In this document: positions 1 to 10,000 of the stretch, piece after piece
Layout of the letters: every line of letters begins with the position of its first letter
Position numbering within the stretch: position 1 is the first letter of the stretch
IMG/VR virus record: IMGVR_UViG_3300045988_059940
Coordinates: 32,001 to 96,000 of that record
Origin: a virus
Strand: one strand, 5' to 3'
Length of the DNA stretch: 64,000 nt
The notes under the pieces: model-generated
Databases searched by the model: none
The model's input: the letters and a program-made list of their open reading frames with translations, nothing else
What the model was told of the DNA's origin: nothing
Translations under genes and position numbers: made by a program

Positions 1-52
1 TAATAATCAGATATATATCATCTACAAACTACCTAAGTGTAATGTTTGCCAT
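1..52 (-). CDS. 5' end of a leftward gene that runs off the window (MANITLR-TAG-FVDD...)
   Basis: ATG at 52-50 lies 2 nt after the TAA of the upstream gene. There is an in-frame TAG at 31-29. The gene is truncated by the window edge. Confidence 0.25.
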
Positions 53-53
53 A

Positions 54-722
54 TTATTTCTAATTTGTTTCTACTACTCTTACATCTGATGTTTTAAGTA
101 GTTCGTTTGTATTTATAATATCATACTTATAAACAGTTACTTTTTTAAAGTCTAATGTAAATAACCGTTTAAAGAATGACTTTTTATTCTTATATTGTTT
201 CTTTTTATAGATATACAAATATTGAGTATTATTTACTTTCAATCTTATATTTACTGTATCTTTACCTATTGTATATTCTACTGTTGTAAGGTCGTTATAG
301 TTTATAGTATCTTTATATACACTATCTTTAATAATAGTTTTTACTATATCCTACCCCCTTACCCCCTTAGACTTATTAACGTATATTTCCTATGTCTAAG
401 TTGCAGCAGTATTTATGTGACTAGGTTTTATCTTATTTTTTCTGGCTACACTATCTAGTTTGTGTAATAGCGAATCGTTCTAGTCCTTCAATCTTGTCAT
501 ATCTAATTTTAGAACATTGTTAGCCTACTAGGAGCCATTAATTATCCCCTAGTAAGCCTCAATGTTGTTTTGAGCCATTTCTAGCCCTTCTGAGAGCTTT
601 TTATTCTATTTGTATAGAAATATACTACTAGCGACAGATAATGCCACCAGCGCAATTAAAATGGCCTTAGAGATGATTTTACGATTTCGCTTTATCCAGC
701 TTATTATCGTTAGAATCTCCAT
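54..722 (-). CDS. membrane-anchored coiled-coil protein, spanin/Rz-like candidate (222 codons, 9 in-frame TAG)
   Basis: ATG at 722-720 and TAA at 56-54. Walking frame 0 gives no TAA/TGA. TAG occurs at 60, 351, 390, 396, 480, 525, 528, 549 and 606. The N-terminal hydrophobic segment ILIALVALSVASSIFLY is followed by a charged helix-like region. It overlaps the holin-like gene, as lysis genes often do. Confidence 0.55.
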
Positions 723-945
723 GTGCACTTAAAAGACTTTTTATTTCTCCAAATTTAGTATTAATATATGTAGTAATACCAAATACGCTGCCTGCATACA
801 CCAGTGTCTACGACACATACCACAATACTTCGCTTGGTATCTTGTGTTCATTTAAGAAGAACGACAAGAACGTAAGCGCTATACCACTAAATAATGATAC
901 AGACGCTGTGCTATACTGTACCACTTCTTTACTATGTCTTGTCAT
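679..945 (-). CDS. small two-TM protein, holin candidate (1 in-frame TAG at 808-810)
   Basis: The full translation was checked: MTRHSKEVVQYSTASVSLFSGIALTFLSFFLNEHKIPSEVLWYVS-TAG-TLVYAGSVFGITTYINTKFGEIKSLL...KS, ending in TAA. It has two hydrophobic stretches and a charged C-terminus. It lies directly downstream of the putative lysin. Confidence 0.5.
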
Positions 946-946
946 A

Positions 947-1372
947 TCATTCTATTGTTAATGTTACGTTACCTTCTTTACAAGCTTTTTCTATAATTGG
1001 ATATAGCTTGTCTACGGTAGCACGAGAGTTTAATACTTTACCAACTGCTTTATTTTCACCTACTAAAATACAACCGTGACTTTGCTCTGCTGAGTTGCCA
1101 GCATGTATCAATACACCAGAAAATGAATTTACGTTCAACAACCTAGGTGTAAATCTCTTAAATCTAGGTGAGAAGCTCCAAGTTACTTCATATGTACCGT
1201 ATGGTATAGCAGTTTCTCCATATATCTTTTGCTCTCCATTATCAAATACGCCATTCTTATTTAAGTCACGAACAGCATCTTCTAGTGTATCACAAAAGTA
1301 TACTCCATCTATATATAGCTTACCGATAGTATATTTATCGCGTAAAGCCGTTCTTTTAATCGTTATTTTCAT
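947..1372 (-). CDS. DUF5675-like putative cell-wall hydrolase (endolysin candidate)
   Basis: 141 aa with no TAG. The pattern G.LYIDG..C.TLED...IP.GTY.V..S.SPRF....P.L..V..F.G.LIH.GN....S.GCILVG matches my recollection of the DUF5675 family. The stop is TGA at 947. Confidence 0.55.
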   Translation of the reverse strand: MKITIKRTALRDKYTIGKLYIDGVYFCDTLEDAVRDLNKNGVFDNGEQKIYGETAIPYGTYEVTWSFSPRFKRFTPRLLNVNSFSGVLIHAGNSAEQSHGCILVGENKAVGKVLNSRATVDKLYPIIEKACKEGNVTLTIE

Positions 1373-2502
1373 ACGCTTGCCTCTATAACTATATCTTTTG
1401 TAATATTAGGTATTGTAAACCAAACATATTGGTTGTTCATTCCACCCCAATGTAGAGTCAACCTTGATGTTATATCTACGCCTTCTTCATATACATTAAG
1501 ATTAAACCGTTCTTCTGAACCAGATTCTACTGGACGAACAGTAAATTCTCCCGATGTACCATATTTAACAGAAGAAGGGCCGTCCATCTCAAACTTATCT
1601 TTCGTATTCAGTATTATATTACGCCTACGTTTCAGTTGTACGGTGTTTGTGATGTCCACCAGGTTTACTTGTATTATAACACGAAATGTGGTATCCTAAC
1701 TTGTGTCATTTATTCTAATACACATATTTGTTTCATCGTATTCTACACCAAGCGTGTCTACTGATATTTTTATTCCATCTTGTCCGTTGTATAATTTTAC
1801 AGAACCATCTGAGTAATGTAGTTTGATTACAAACTTTTTACCAGATAAATCTTTATCTCCAAATTGAATTACATCTGTCATGTCAAACATGAAATCACCT
1901 AATTCTACTTGTTCTAATATTGGCTCTTCTTTATCTAAATCAATATTACCATCTACATAAGAAGGACCTTCTATAAGCTCTAATGCTTCATTCTTACGTA
2001 TAGTATATGTACGTAGATTATCTTCTCCCCATCCTCGCTGATACAATGTAACCATAATGATTAAATCAAATACACCAGTAAACCTTTGGTCTTCTGCTGG
2101 AAAATAACATTCAGCCATATTCTTTTCTGGAAGAAGTCTTGACGCACAGAGATAATCTGTATGTGTGTTTACAAATCTTTTAGAATATACACCAAAGCCA
2201 TTGTATGATGGGAACATGTGATAATCTGATACTTTGCCAAACATTGCGTTGCTTGAAAAGTAAGGATTATAGTATGTAAATATCTGATTGCCATAGATAT
2301 TCGGACTCATAGTATATTCTGTTGGATGATAAAACTGAGGAAAATTACAGTTATGAACTTTTTCTGTAAAGTCTTTATCTTCGTGTTTGATAAGATAACA
2401 CCTCATCTACTTAACAGACGTTACATCAAACTTATTTAATTCCCCAAGTTTAAATCTAAAACGTACATCTGTACCTTTTGTTATTATTCTATCTTCACTC
2501 AT
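1369..2502 (-). CDS. virion-module hypothetical protein (377 aa, in-frame TAG at 1696 and 2407)
   Basis: ORFs 1369-1659 and 1696-2406 and an upstream ATG at 2502 are all in one frame. Only TAG interrupts them. The gene ends in TGA, overlapping the next ATG as ATGA. Confidence 0.6.
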
Positions 2503-2510
2503 AATATTTT

Positions 2511-2555
2511 ATTTAAAACAAAAATAGCTGGAACGGGAATTAACCCATCCCAGCT
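2511..2555 (-). terminator. rho-independent terminator after the 344-aa structural gene
   Basis: On the minus strand: AGCTGGGATGGG-TTAATT-CCCGTTCCAGCT followed by ATTTTTGTTTT. Confidence 0.7.
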
Positions 2556-2565
2556 ATAAGGGAAA

Positions 2566-3600
2566 TTAAACAAGCTTATTTAATTCAGTCTCAACTAAAC
2601 CAAGTTGACCCTTCAAACCATAAATTTCAAGACACTGGCTCGTCTTACGAACGATGTCGTCAGCAGCACGATAGCTGTTTTCAAACTCTAACGTAAGAGA
2701 ATCGTACTTAGCGCCTTTCTGTACCTCCATGTCAGGACGTATAATAGGCCAAGTACCTTCACCACGGTTTAGGATACCCTCATAACCTTGTGCCCAATAT
2801 TCACGGTCACGTACGTGCTTCCAGTTACATTCACCGTCATGACCTTCTGTCTTCTTAATTACAACACCGTCGATGAAGTATTTGTTCTTTGAAGCAAAAC
2901 CAGATGCTGATGGGTCTGTAAAGTATACATTAGCAACAAAGCGAACCTTGTTTGCAGGACTGATTGACATTACGTTGTCGTCATCATCATAAGGAAGCGC
3001 TTCAATCTTCAATGTCGTTTTGTCAGTAGCTCCATCAACAATAGCAGAAGCAATTACACGTGCACGCTTGTATTGTTTGTTGATAAGATTAGCAAGCTTC
3101 TCTGGCAAGTTCTTTTCATTATCACCATCTTTGGTTACATACTCATAAGACTCAGTCCATTTGCGGAAACGATGAGGCATGTCCTTAAACGTCAAGCGTA
3201 CTATAATACGCTTACCAGCCATACCAAGCTTCGTCTTCATTTGCGTAGACATATTCTTGAATTTAATTTCAACAGTATCTTCTGTTTCGTCTTTATATTC
3301 CTTTTTATGTAAACCGCGAACGTCAGCTTTCTTAATCTCGTTAGACCACTTGATAACTGGTTCATAAGTCGTAGCACCAGTGCTATAATCAACCTTTGGT
3401 TGACGCTTATTTTGAATAAGACCAACCTTTACTACATTACCAGTAATTGTTGCACCGACAGTGCCGTCTTCACAGTTCATGAAGATAAACTTACCTGCGT
3501 CAGCAACAGCAGTGTTTGTAGCAGTATCAGCAGGTTTTGCAGCAGCAATAGCGCCAGTGGCGAGATTGCTAATCATTACATTATTTACGTATGTATTCAT
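2566..3600 (-). CDS. abundant-looking structural protein (344 aa, no TAG)
   Basis: An uninterrupted ORF with a TAA stop and its own strong terminator. It lies in the head/tail-adaptor part of the late module. Its function is not recognisable by eye. Confidence 0.6.
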   Translation of the reverse strand: MNTYVNNVMISNLATGAIAAAKPADTATNTAVADAGKFIFMNCEDGTVGATITGNVVKVGLIQNKRQPKVDYSTGATTYEPVIKWSNEIKKADVRGLHKKEYKDETEDTVEIKFKNMSTQMKTKLGMAGKRIIVRLTFKDMPHRFRKWTESYEYVTKDGDNEKNLPEKLANLINKQYKRARVIASAIVDGATDKTTLKIEALPYDDDDNVMSISPANKVRFVANVYFTDPSASGFASKNKYFIDGVVIKKTEGHDGECNWKHVRDREYWAQGYEGILNRGEGTWPIIRPDMEVQKGAKYDSLTLEFENSYRAADDIVRKTSQCLEIYGLKGQLGLVETELNKLV

Positions 3601-3671
3601 ATTTATTAATTTTTTCTACTCACCCTAATTTCAAAGGCTCAACCTAATGAGCTGGGCTTTCCACGTTAAAA

Positions 3672-4373
3672 TTATTCTTGTGTCATAACTTCCTACGATA
3701 GAGTCTTATACCGCTCATCTTTGGTATTTTCTAAATACATTTGAGCTGCCATTTTGATAATCTCATACATAGTATTGTTATCAAAATCATAATATTCGTC
3801 ATCCATTCTTAGGAAATTTATTTCTTCTGGCTTTTTTAAGTATCCCAGAATATACTTTTTAATTTTATATTTCTTATCTGTTAACAAATAACAACCATTG
3901 TCAGTTCTCACACGTAACGGTCTAGCATAGCCGTACGAATAATGAAAATCTGTTAAGCTGTTATCTACACGATACATAAAGCTGTCTGATGTACATTCAA
4001 ATACACTAACTTGTCTTGGGTTTGAATTTTGCATATCACATATATCCACATCTTCATTTAGTGCATATAGGAAATCACCATTATACCTAACAGAATATTC
4101 ATTATATTGTGGATTAGATGTATTAATTGATGGTGAACCTATTGTAAAGTCCACCTCTTGTGTACGACATAGCTTTATTAAATCGTTTCTACGCTTCTCA
4201 TTTTGTTCATATGATGTTTTGTGTGTAAAATCACCATTGAAGCGTATCTTAATAAACTTATTTACTGCCTAGTTTAACCAATACTATGAATCATCTGTTT
4301 TTGGTTTATTGGCGTAATCGTCAAGCTTATTTATTTCTAATTCAAATGCTTCAAGTATTTCTAGGTTCTTCAT
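3672..4373 (-). CDS. virion-module hypothetical protein (TAG at 3693, 4269, 4284)
   Basis: ATG at 4373 and TAA at 3672. Frame 0 was walked across 4155-4373 and 3672-3692 and contains TAG only. Confidence 0.55.
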
Positions 4374-5070
4374 CAGTATTAGTATTATTTTGTTTATTCT
4401 ATTCTTTTCTTCCAAGTCCAGATAATTTGAATTTGTAGTCTGCTATATACATCTCTACTGCTCCATTTACTATTTCATCAGAACATTGAGATGGTAATAT
4501 ACACGGTGTGTTATCTACGTCAAACCTTGGAGGTTTTGCGTAATATTCAACCGTAAATGAACCAATTTGACAGTATTGGTCATAGACTATATAACACTTA
4601 TTATCTTCACCAAAAGCGACAAGTGGATTTCTAATTATACGACCTTTGTCGCCCTACCCTGGTATATACTTATATAAATCTCTGAAAAATACATGTATAC
4701 ACCTAGCTGTATTAAATGGAAGAACGCGCTTTTTATAATCTCTACTCATTTGGCAATAACTATCTATATATAGGTAGAAATCATTTATTGAGTCTGTATT
4801 TGATATATAAGCGCCATTTTGATATAATTGTGGAGTTATAGACTTCCTAAGCGTTTGAATAACACTAGCAATCTTAACTCCTTGTGGGGTTTGAGAATCT
4901 ATTTTTTCTTGTAATACAAACATAGATTGTATATACTTATTCTAAAACTCATTTAAGAATGAATATATAGTATCTGTATCTAATTTGCTTGCTATTTGAA
5001 AATCAGGCCATATTTCAATTAGGCGGCGCTCAAACTCAATCCCCAAATTTCGTGTTTCTTGTTGTGTCAT
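4351..5070 (-). CDS. virion-module hypothetical protein (TAG at 4399, 4654, 4942)
   Basis: ATG at 5070 overlaps the upstream TGA as ATGA. Frame 1 was walked down to the TGA at 4351-4353 and contains TAG only. Confidence 0.55.
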
Positions 5071-5771
5071 GCCTCTAATTGTTTAGTTTGTAATATACTG
5101 GTTAATCGCGGAGATTCTGTATTTTCTGTTGCGAATACAACAGCTAGATTTATCAATTCATTTGCCATTGTGTCAGATAGTTCAAATTGAGTATTATCGA
5201 ACCTAAATGTATCAATATCATTTCCTACAATTCCACGAGTAAACTGATTTGGTTTCTTTATATATTGATAATATAATCTACTACCAGCTGGTACACCAAA
5301 GTCTTCTGCATACTTATAATCAATAAATACATGAAATTGTGTATCCATATAACCCACTGGTTCTTTTAACCAAGGCTTATTTATACTAGTCTACATTGAC
5401 TTTTGAGCAGCAGCATGTGAAACCAATTGTATGTTTTGCATTTCATCTATACCAAAATATGAACTTATATAATATAACATATCGTTTGGTAAATCTGCTA
5501 TAAGTTCGTTTTTAATTGGTAATACAGTTTTCCTACCTAATGTAGTAGTCCACTCTTTAATCAGCGGCCTTAAATCTTCTATAACCTTTATATCACCTTC
5601 AAATGCTACCTTCCTTGTGTTGTTTCCTGTAAATTTTTGAGCTATTAGAGCTAGGTACGCTTTGTCGAGTAATACAGCGGCTTCATATTCTGTTAACGAC
5701 GGATATGACGAAGTAACATCTGCCTTGTCATATTCTATCATAAACTTAGTATAAATATCACTATGTGTCAT
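5067..5771 (-). CDS. virion-module hypothetical protein (TAG at 5391)
   Basis: ORFs 5391-5771 and 5067-5357 share a frame. The gap contains only the TAG. The stop is TGA. Confidence 0.6.
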
Positions 5772-5786
5772 ACGTCGTATATATTA

Positions 5787-6539
5787 TTATTTATTCTTAG
5801 TTTCGTTTATAATCGAAAGTCTAAGGTCTTGATTCTTCTTATTGTCAAGATAAGCAATTGCTTCTGGAAGTGAGTCTGCAATCATGTCAGTGCCATAGAA
5901 ATATGATGTACGTTCTTTACGAATAACACCTTTTGCCACAGCTTCTTCTAAGATAAACTCAGTTTCCTTTGATTTGTTATTAATCCATTTTTCGAAGAAC
6001 TTCTTTGGTTGTTTATCAATAAGCTGGAATAAAGAAGATTCTACAAGCTCATTTGACATTTGTTCAGAGTTAACGCCAAATAGGCGCAAGCACTGACGCA
6101 TTTGGTCTAATGACAACTTGTCAAATTCTTTAATAGCATCTCTACGTAACTTATTAGCTTTATTTAGTTCGATAGCCTCAGCTTCACGGTTAATGAGCAA
6201 ATAATCCTTGCCTGCATCCATCTTATCTAATGTAGTAGCTACACGTTTGTGACCAGATAAGAACTTTACAATCATTTCTTGACGAGGAACGCTTGTATCC
6301 AAAAGAAGTGTTCTTGCGCCAATTTTTACGCAGAACGTAGTCCAAAAGCTACTTGTCTTAGCAAGGTGACCTTCTGGATAACCTAGTGCTTTCTCATAAT
6401 ATTTTTCATCTTCGGGAGTAAGACCCGTATAAATTGACCCAGACCTTGTGAAGTATGGAGCAATATAATCATAACATGAGCGGTATTTAATTAAACCAGC
6501 CCACGGATTTTTCTTTTTAATTTTTAATTCAACTACCAT
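5787..6539 (-). CDS. hypothetical protein downstream of the major capsid candidate (no TAG)
   Basis: The likely start is MVVELKIKKKNPW at 6539, after the hairpin at 6570-6610. The stop is TAA at 5787. Confidence 0.55.
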   Translation of the reverse strand: MVVELKIKKKNPWAGLIKYRSCYDYIAPYFTRSGSIYTGLTPEDEKYYEKALGYPEGHLAKTSSFWTTFCVKIGARTLLLDTSVPRQEMIVKFLSGHKRVATTLDKMDAGKDYLLINREAEAIELNKANKLRRDAIKEFDKLSLDQMRQCLRLFGVNSEQMSNELVESSLFQLIDKQPKKFFEKWINNKSKETEFILEEAVAKGVIRKERTSYFYGTDMIADSLPEAIAYLDNKKNQDLRLSIINETKNK

Positions 6540-6569
6540 AATATATTTAATCAGTGTTGTACCTATATA

Positions 6570-6610
6570 ATGTAAAGAAGTTCGGGGAAGAATTATCAAC
6601 CCCGAAGTTC
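6570..6610 (-). terminator. hairpin/attenuator after the major capsid candidate
   Basis: On the minus strand: GAACTTCGGGG-12 nt-CCCCGAACTTC followed by TTTACA. The T-run is weak. Confidence 0.45.
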
Positions 6611-6648
6611 ATATTACATTAATACGTTTATATAAGTATTATTGTTTA

Positions 6649-8172
6649 TTACGCACCTACTGCTGCAATACCGTTGTTTTCCATCTCTGCGTCAGCTGCG
6701 TCACAATACAAAATACCGCAAGCCAGAGGGTTACGTACCATAATACCACTTTCACCTAAGAAGTGAACTTGGTAACCGTCGCGGCTATTAGAACGCATCG
6801 TGTTAATTGAATTGCCATAACCACTAGGTATAACTGAACCACCAGTACACCAGGTTACAAACTCACGTCCTTTACGACAAACCTTAACGACGTTAGATTG
6901 TCCATCACGCATACCGAAATCTACAAACAAGAACGTATAAGACATAAGTGGTTTGCCAGTCAGAGGATGAAGTTGACGGAACATTTCTGCATTGTCAAAC
7001 ATAGCACAGCGTTTCAATGTTAACTCAATACCGTTGGTCATCTTATAGGTAGTAAACTGACCACCAAGCGTAAGTTCTTGACCAGAACCAGTAATAAACT
7101 TAGTATCAATGAGGTTGAAGCTAGCAACTTTTTCCTTCAATACACGGTCGAACTCACGAAGTCCCATCTCTCCTGTAATACCAACAAACTTACGTTCGTT
7201 TGTACCAAGCATATTGTAGCTTAGGTCGAACAGATAATCTTCCAGCAATTCTGACGTAAGAGTAGTGTAATAACGTACGTTAGCAGGAGAAATCTGAGCA
7301 AACAAACCAGCACTGATATTTACAGGACGTCCGTTTGTACCTTTTAACGTATAAGTACCGTCTGCATTACGGTTAGGTTTAGCAAACAGAAGCTTCATTT
7401 CTTCCCTCTTCTTCCATTCACGAAGGGCCTTCCAGTGTTGATAATCAGCCCACAAATAACTCTTCTTACCAGTTTCTGGGTCAGTTAGAGCGATTGCTAA
7501 TACGGTAGAATATGCATCACCAGTAATATCATAAGACAGACGTGAAATAGAAAGCGAGTTACGCATCTTAAATGGCGTCTGATAGTTGATGATGTCAGCC
7601 TCATCTGAGTACTCTTCGTAAGCACTACCAATACGGCTTACTTGACGACCAGGTAAAAGGTATTCGTTTGGAATATATGCACCAGCATAGTTATCTACAA
7701 CATAGCATTCATAAACCCAAGCGTTACCATCCTGATAGGGAACACCGTTTGCACGTACTTGGAAATTATAGTTATCAAATGCCAATAGTGCACCAGGACC
7801 GAAGAAACGCTCTTCTATACCGAGATAAATAGGAGCACCATTCATACCAGCGAACCTATTTGCGTTATTATCGTCGCCAACGCGCTTACCACCAGCCTTA
7901 GCCCAAAGGATATTAACAGCATGGTCTGCATCAATTTGTACTGACCACTCATATTCACTGTTATCAATCGTCATAGTCTTACCAAGACCGCCAGTAAGCA
8001 TGTCAATTACGGTAGATACGCCGTCGTCCTTTGTACCAAATACCAGTGAAAGAAGACCAGCAATCTCATGAGGTTTAGTTAATGCGGCGTTAGAAATCAT
8101 ATTTTCGTCTACAAGACCTGCAAAGCGCTTACCGCGATACAGTTGTAGACCATTAAGTAATGTGTTATTCAT
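6649..8172 (-). CDS. major capsid protein candidate (507 aa, no TAG)
   Basis: It is the largest uninterrupted head-region ORF. It sits immediately downstream of a scaffold-like acidic coiled-coil gene, in the order TerL-portal-x-scaffold-capsid, and is followed by a hairpin. The call rests on position and size only. Confidence 0.6.
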   Translation of the reverse strand: MNNTLLNGLQLYRGKRFAGLVDENMISNAALTKPHEIAGLLSLVFGTKDDGVSTVIDMLTGGLGKTMTIDNSEYEWSVQIDADHAVNILWAKAGGKRVGDDNNANRFAGMNGAPIYLGIEERFFGPGALLAFDNYNFQVRANGVPYQDGNAWVYECYVVDNYAGAYIPNEYLLPGRQVSRIGSAYEEYSDEADIINYQTPFKMRNSLSISRLSYDITGDAYSTVLAIALTDPETGKKSYLWADYQHWKALREWKKREEMKLLFAKPNRNADGTYTLKGTNGRPVNISAGLFAQISPANVRYYTTLTSELLEDYLFDLSYNMLGTNERKFVGITGEMGLREFDRVLKEKVASFNLIDTKFITGSGQELTLGGQFTTYKMTNGIELTLKRCAMFDNAEMFRQLHPLTGKPLMSYTFLFVDFGMRDGQSNVVKVCRKGREFVTWCTGGSVIPSGYGNSINTMRSNSRDGYQVHFLGESGIMVRNPLACGILYCDAADAEMENNGIAAVGA

Positions 8173-8194
8173 ATATTGTTATAAATTATATTAA

Positions 8195-9313
8195 TTAGTA
8201 CATACCTGTCAACAGGTCTGTAACTGATTTTTCTTTACTTGTTGCACTCTGCGAAGTGTGATTTTTAGCAGAGTTTCTTAAAAGTTTTCTAAGTTTCTCA
8301 GCAGCAGACGTTTCGCCAGTCTTTTTTGCTGTTGAAACTACGGCATCACCTTTCATAGTAAAGTAAGCAGATTCGATTAGGTTCTTTGCTAGATTAGAAT
8401 CAAAGTCCTTCTGGTATTGTGTATAACCATCTTTATCTGTCTTGAAAATATAATCATACAAAGCTTTGCGGTCTGCTTTTGGGATAGCAATGCCACGAAT
8501 TGAATCTAAACTATTAATACTATCTGTTACAGATTTCATAAATTGCTGTTGTTGAGCCTCTTGTTGTCTAGCCAACTCTGCCTGTTGCTTAGCATTTGCT
8601 TCTGCTTCATTCTTACGAATTTCTTTAAGCATCTCCAAAGCGTCTTCCGACTCTTCGTATAATACGCCAGCATCTTCATATCTAGCAATCTTGTTATTAA
8701 TCTGTTCATCTGTGTAGCCGTTGTGACGAAGCAAATCACCAATTACAGTACGTTGATTGGATTCTGATTCCAAATCAATGTTATCAAGAGTAAGTGCTTG
8801 TTTTTGTACTTGATAGAAATCTTCAAACTTACCACCATTCTTTACAAACTCATCTAACTTCTATATCCTATCATCTGCATACTGTGGAACTGAGTTCTAC
8901 TGTACAACATCTGTAAGGTACTTAGTTAGACCATCTACTGTAAGTGGTCTTTCTTCATCACTAATGTCTGCTATATTCCAACCTAATGATTCAGCAACAG
9001 CATCGAACAAAACACCAACTTGTTGTGCCTCAGCAACATCTTCATCAGTTGGTTCATTTTCATCGACGTCTTGTGTATCTTCTTTATCATCAGATTGTTC
9101 TTTGTCAGCAGGCTCTGTGTCTGCTGCTTGATTTATATCATTATCTTCCTCATCAGGTTCATCGCCTTCTGGTTCTTTAATTTCTGTTACTTCGTCCTCA
9201 ACCACAATATCTTCATCCAAGTTAGTAGCACTAGTATCTCCTTCTGAATTACCGTACATGCTTAACAGGTCATCAAATGTGGATGGATTAGTTTCTTGTT
9301 TACGTTTTGCCAT
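8195..9313 (-). CDS. scaffolding-protein-like (acidic N-terminus, Q/E/A-rich coiled coil; TAG at 8861 and 8897)
   Basis: ORFs 8897-9313 and 8195-8773 share a frame. The gap was walked and contains TAG only. The composition includes DEDIVVEDEVTEIKEPEGDEPDEEDND and AELARQQEAQQQQ. The gene lies directly upstream of the capsid candidate. Confidence 0.5.
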
Positions 9314-9362
9314 AATTATTAATTAATAATTAAATTATTTGTTTCGCTGTTTAATCAGCGTA

Positions 9363-9998
9363 TTACCATTCAGTATAATCATAAGGTCGCCTTAGAGTTG
9401 TAGGGACACCTTTTTTGGTTTTACCATACAACTAATCACGCATACCTTTCAATACTTTTTTCATATCTGGAACACCTTTTGTTTTGGCGTTCTTTGGATT
9501 TAGCTTCCATTTACTCATTGCAGCATCTATGCTCTTCATGTTAGCCATACGATTACTATATGTGTCATATGAAGATTCATAGTATCCTGCGTCTTTTAGT
9601 ATTCTGGCTGCTTTTCTTGGGTCTGTTTCGTCTAGTACATTATTGTACTTTTTATCCATTAAGAGATTGTCGCTAATGTAATAGTTAGCAAAGTCTTGTT
9701 CGTTTTTAAATTGTTTGTATTGATTAATATTTGGACTAACAATACCTCCATAATTGTGTAGATTTCTAGCAATAGGAGATGTACCATTTAATGACTCCAA
9801 TGCAGTTTGACGCATAGCATTATCTAGCCAATCTAGTTTTCCGACTTCTTGCAATCTGTCATATAATGCTGGTGCCATCTTTTCAACATATTCATCGTAC
9901 TAGTCTTTGCCTCCTGCATAATTACGAATATCCCAATAGTTTTCACCATTCTTCCAACGGTCAAATCTTTCTTGAAAAGACTTAGTATTATATCTCAT
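9363..9998 (-). CDS. head-module hypothetical protein (TAG at 9432 and 9900)
   Basis: ATG at 9998 abuts the portal TGA at 10001-10003. Frame 0 was walked down to the TAA at 9363. Confidence 0.55.
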
Positions 9999-10000
9999 AA

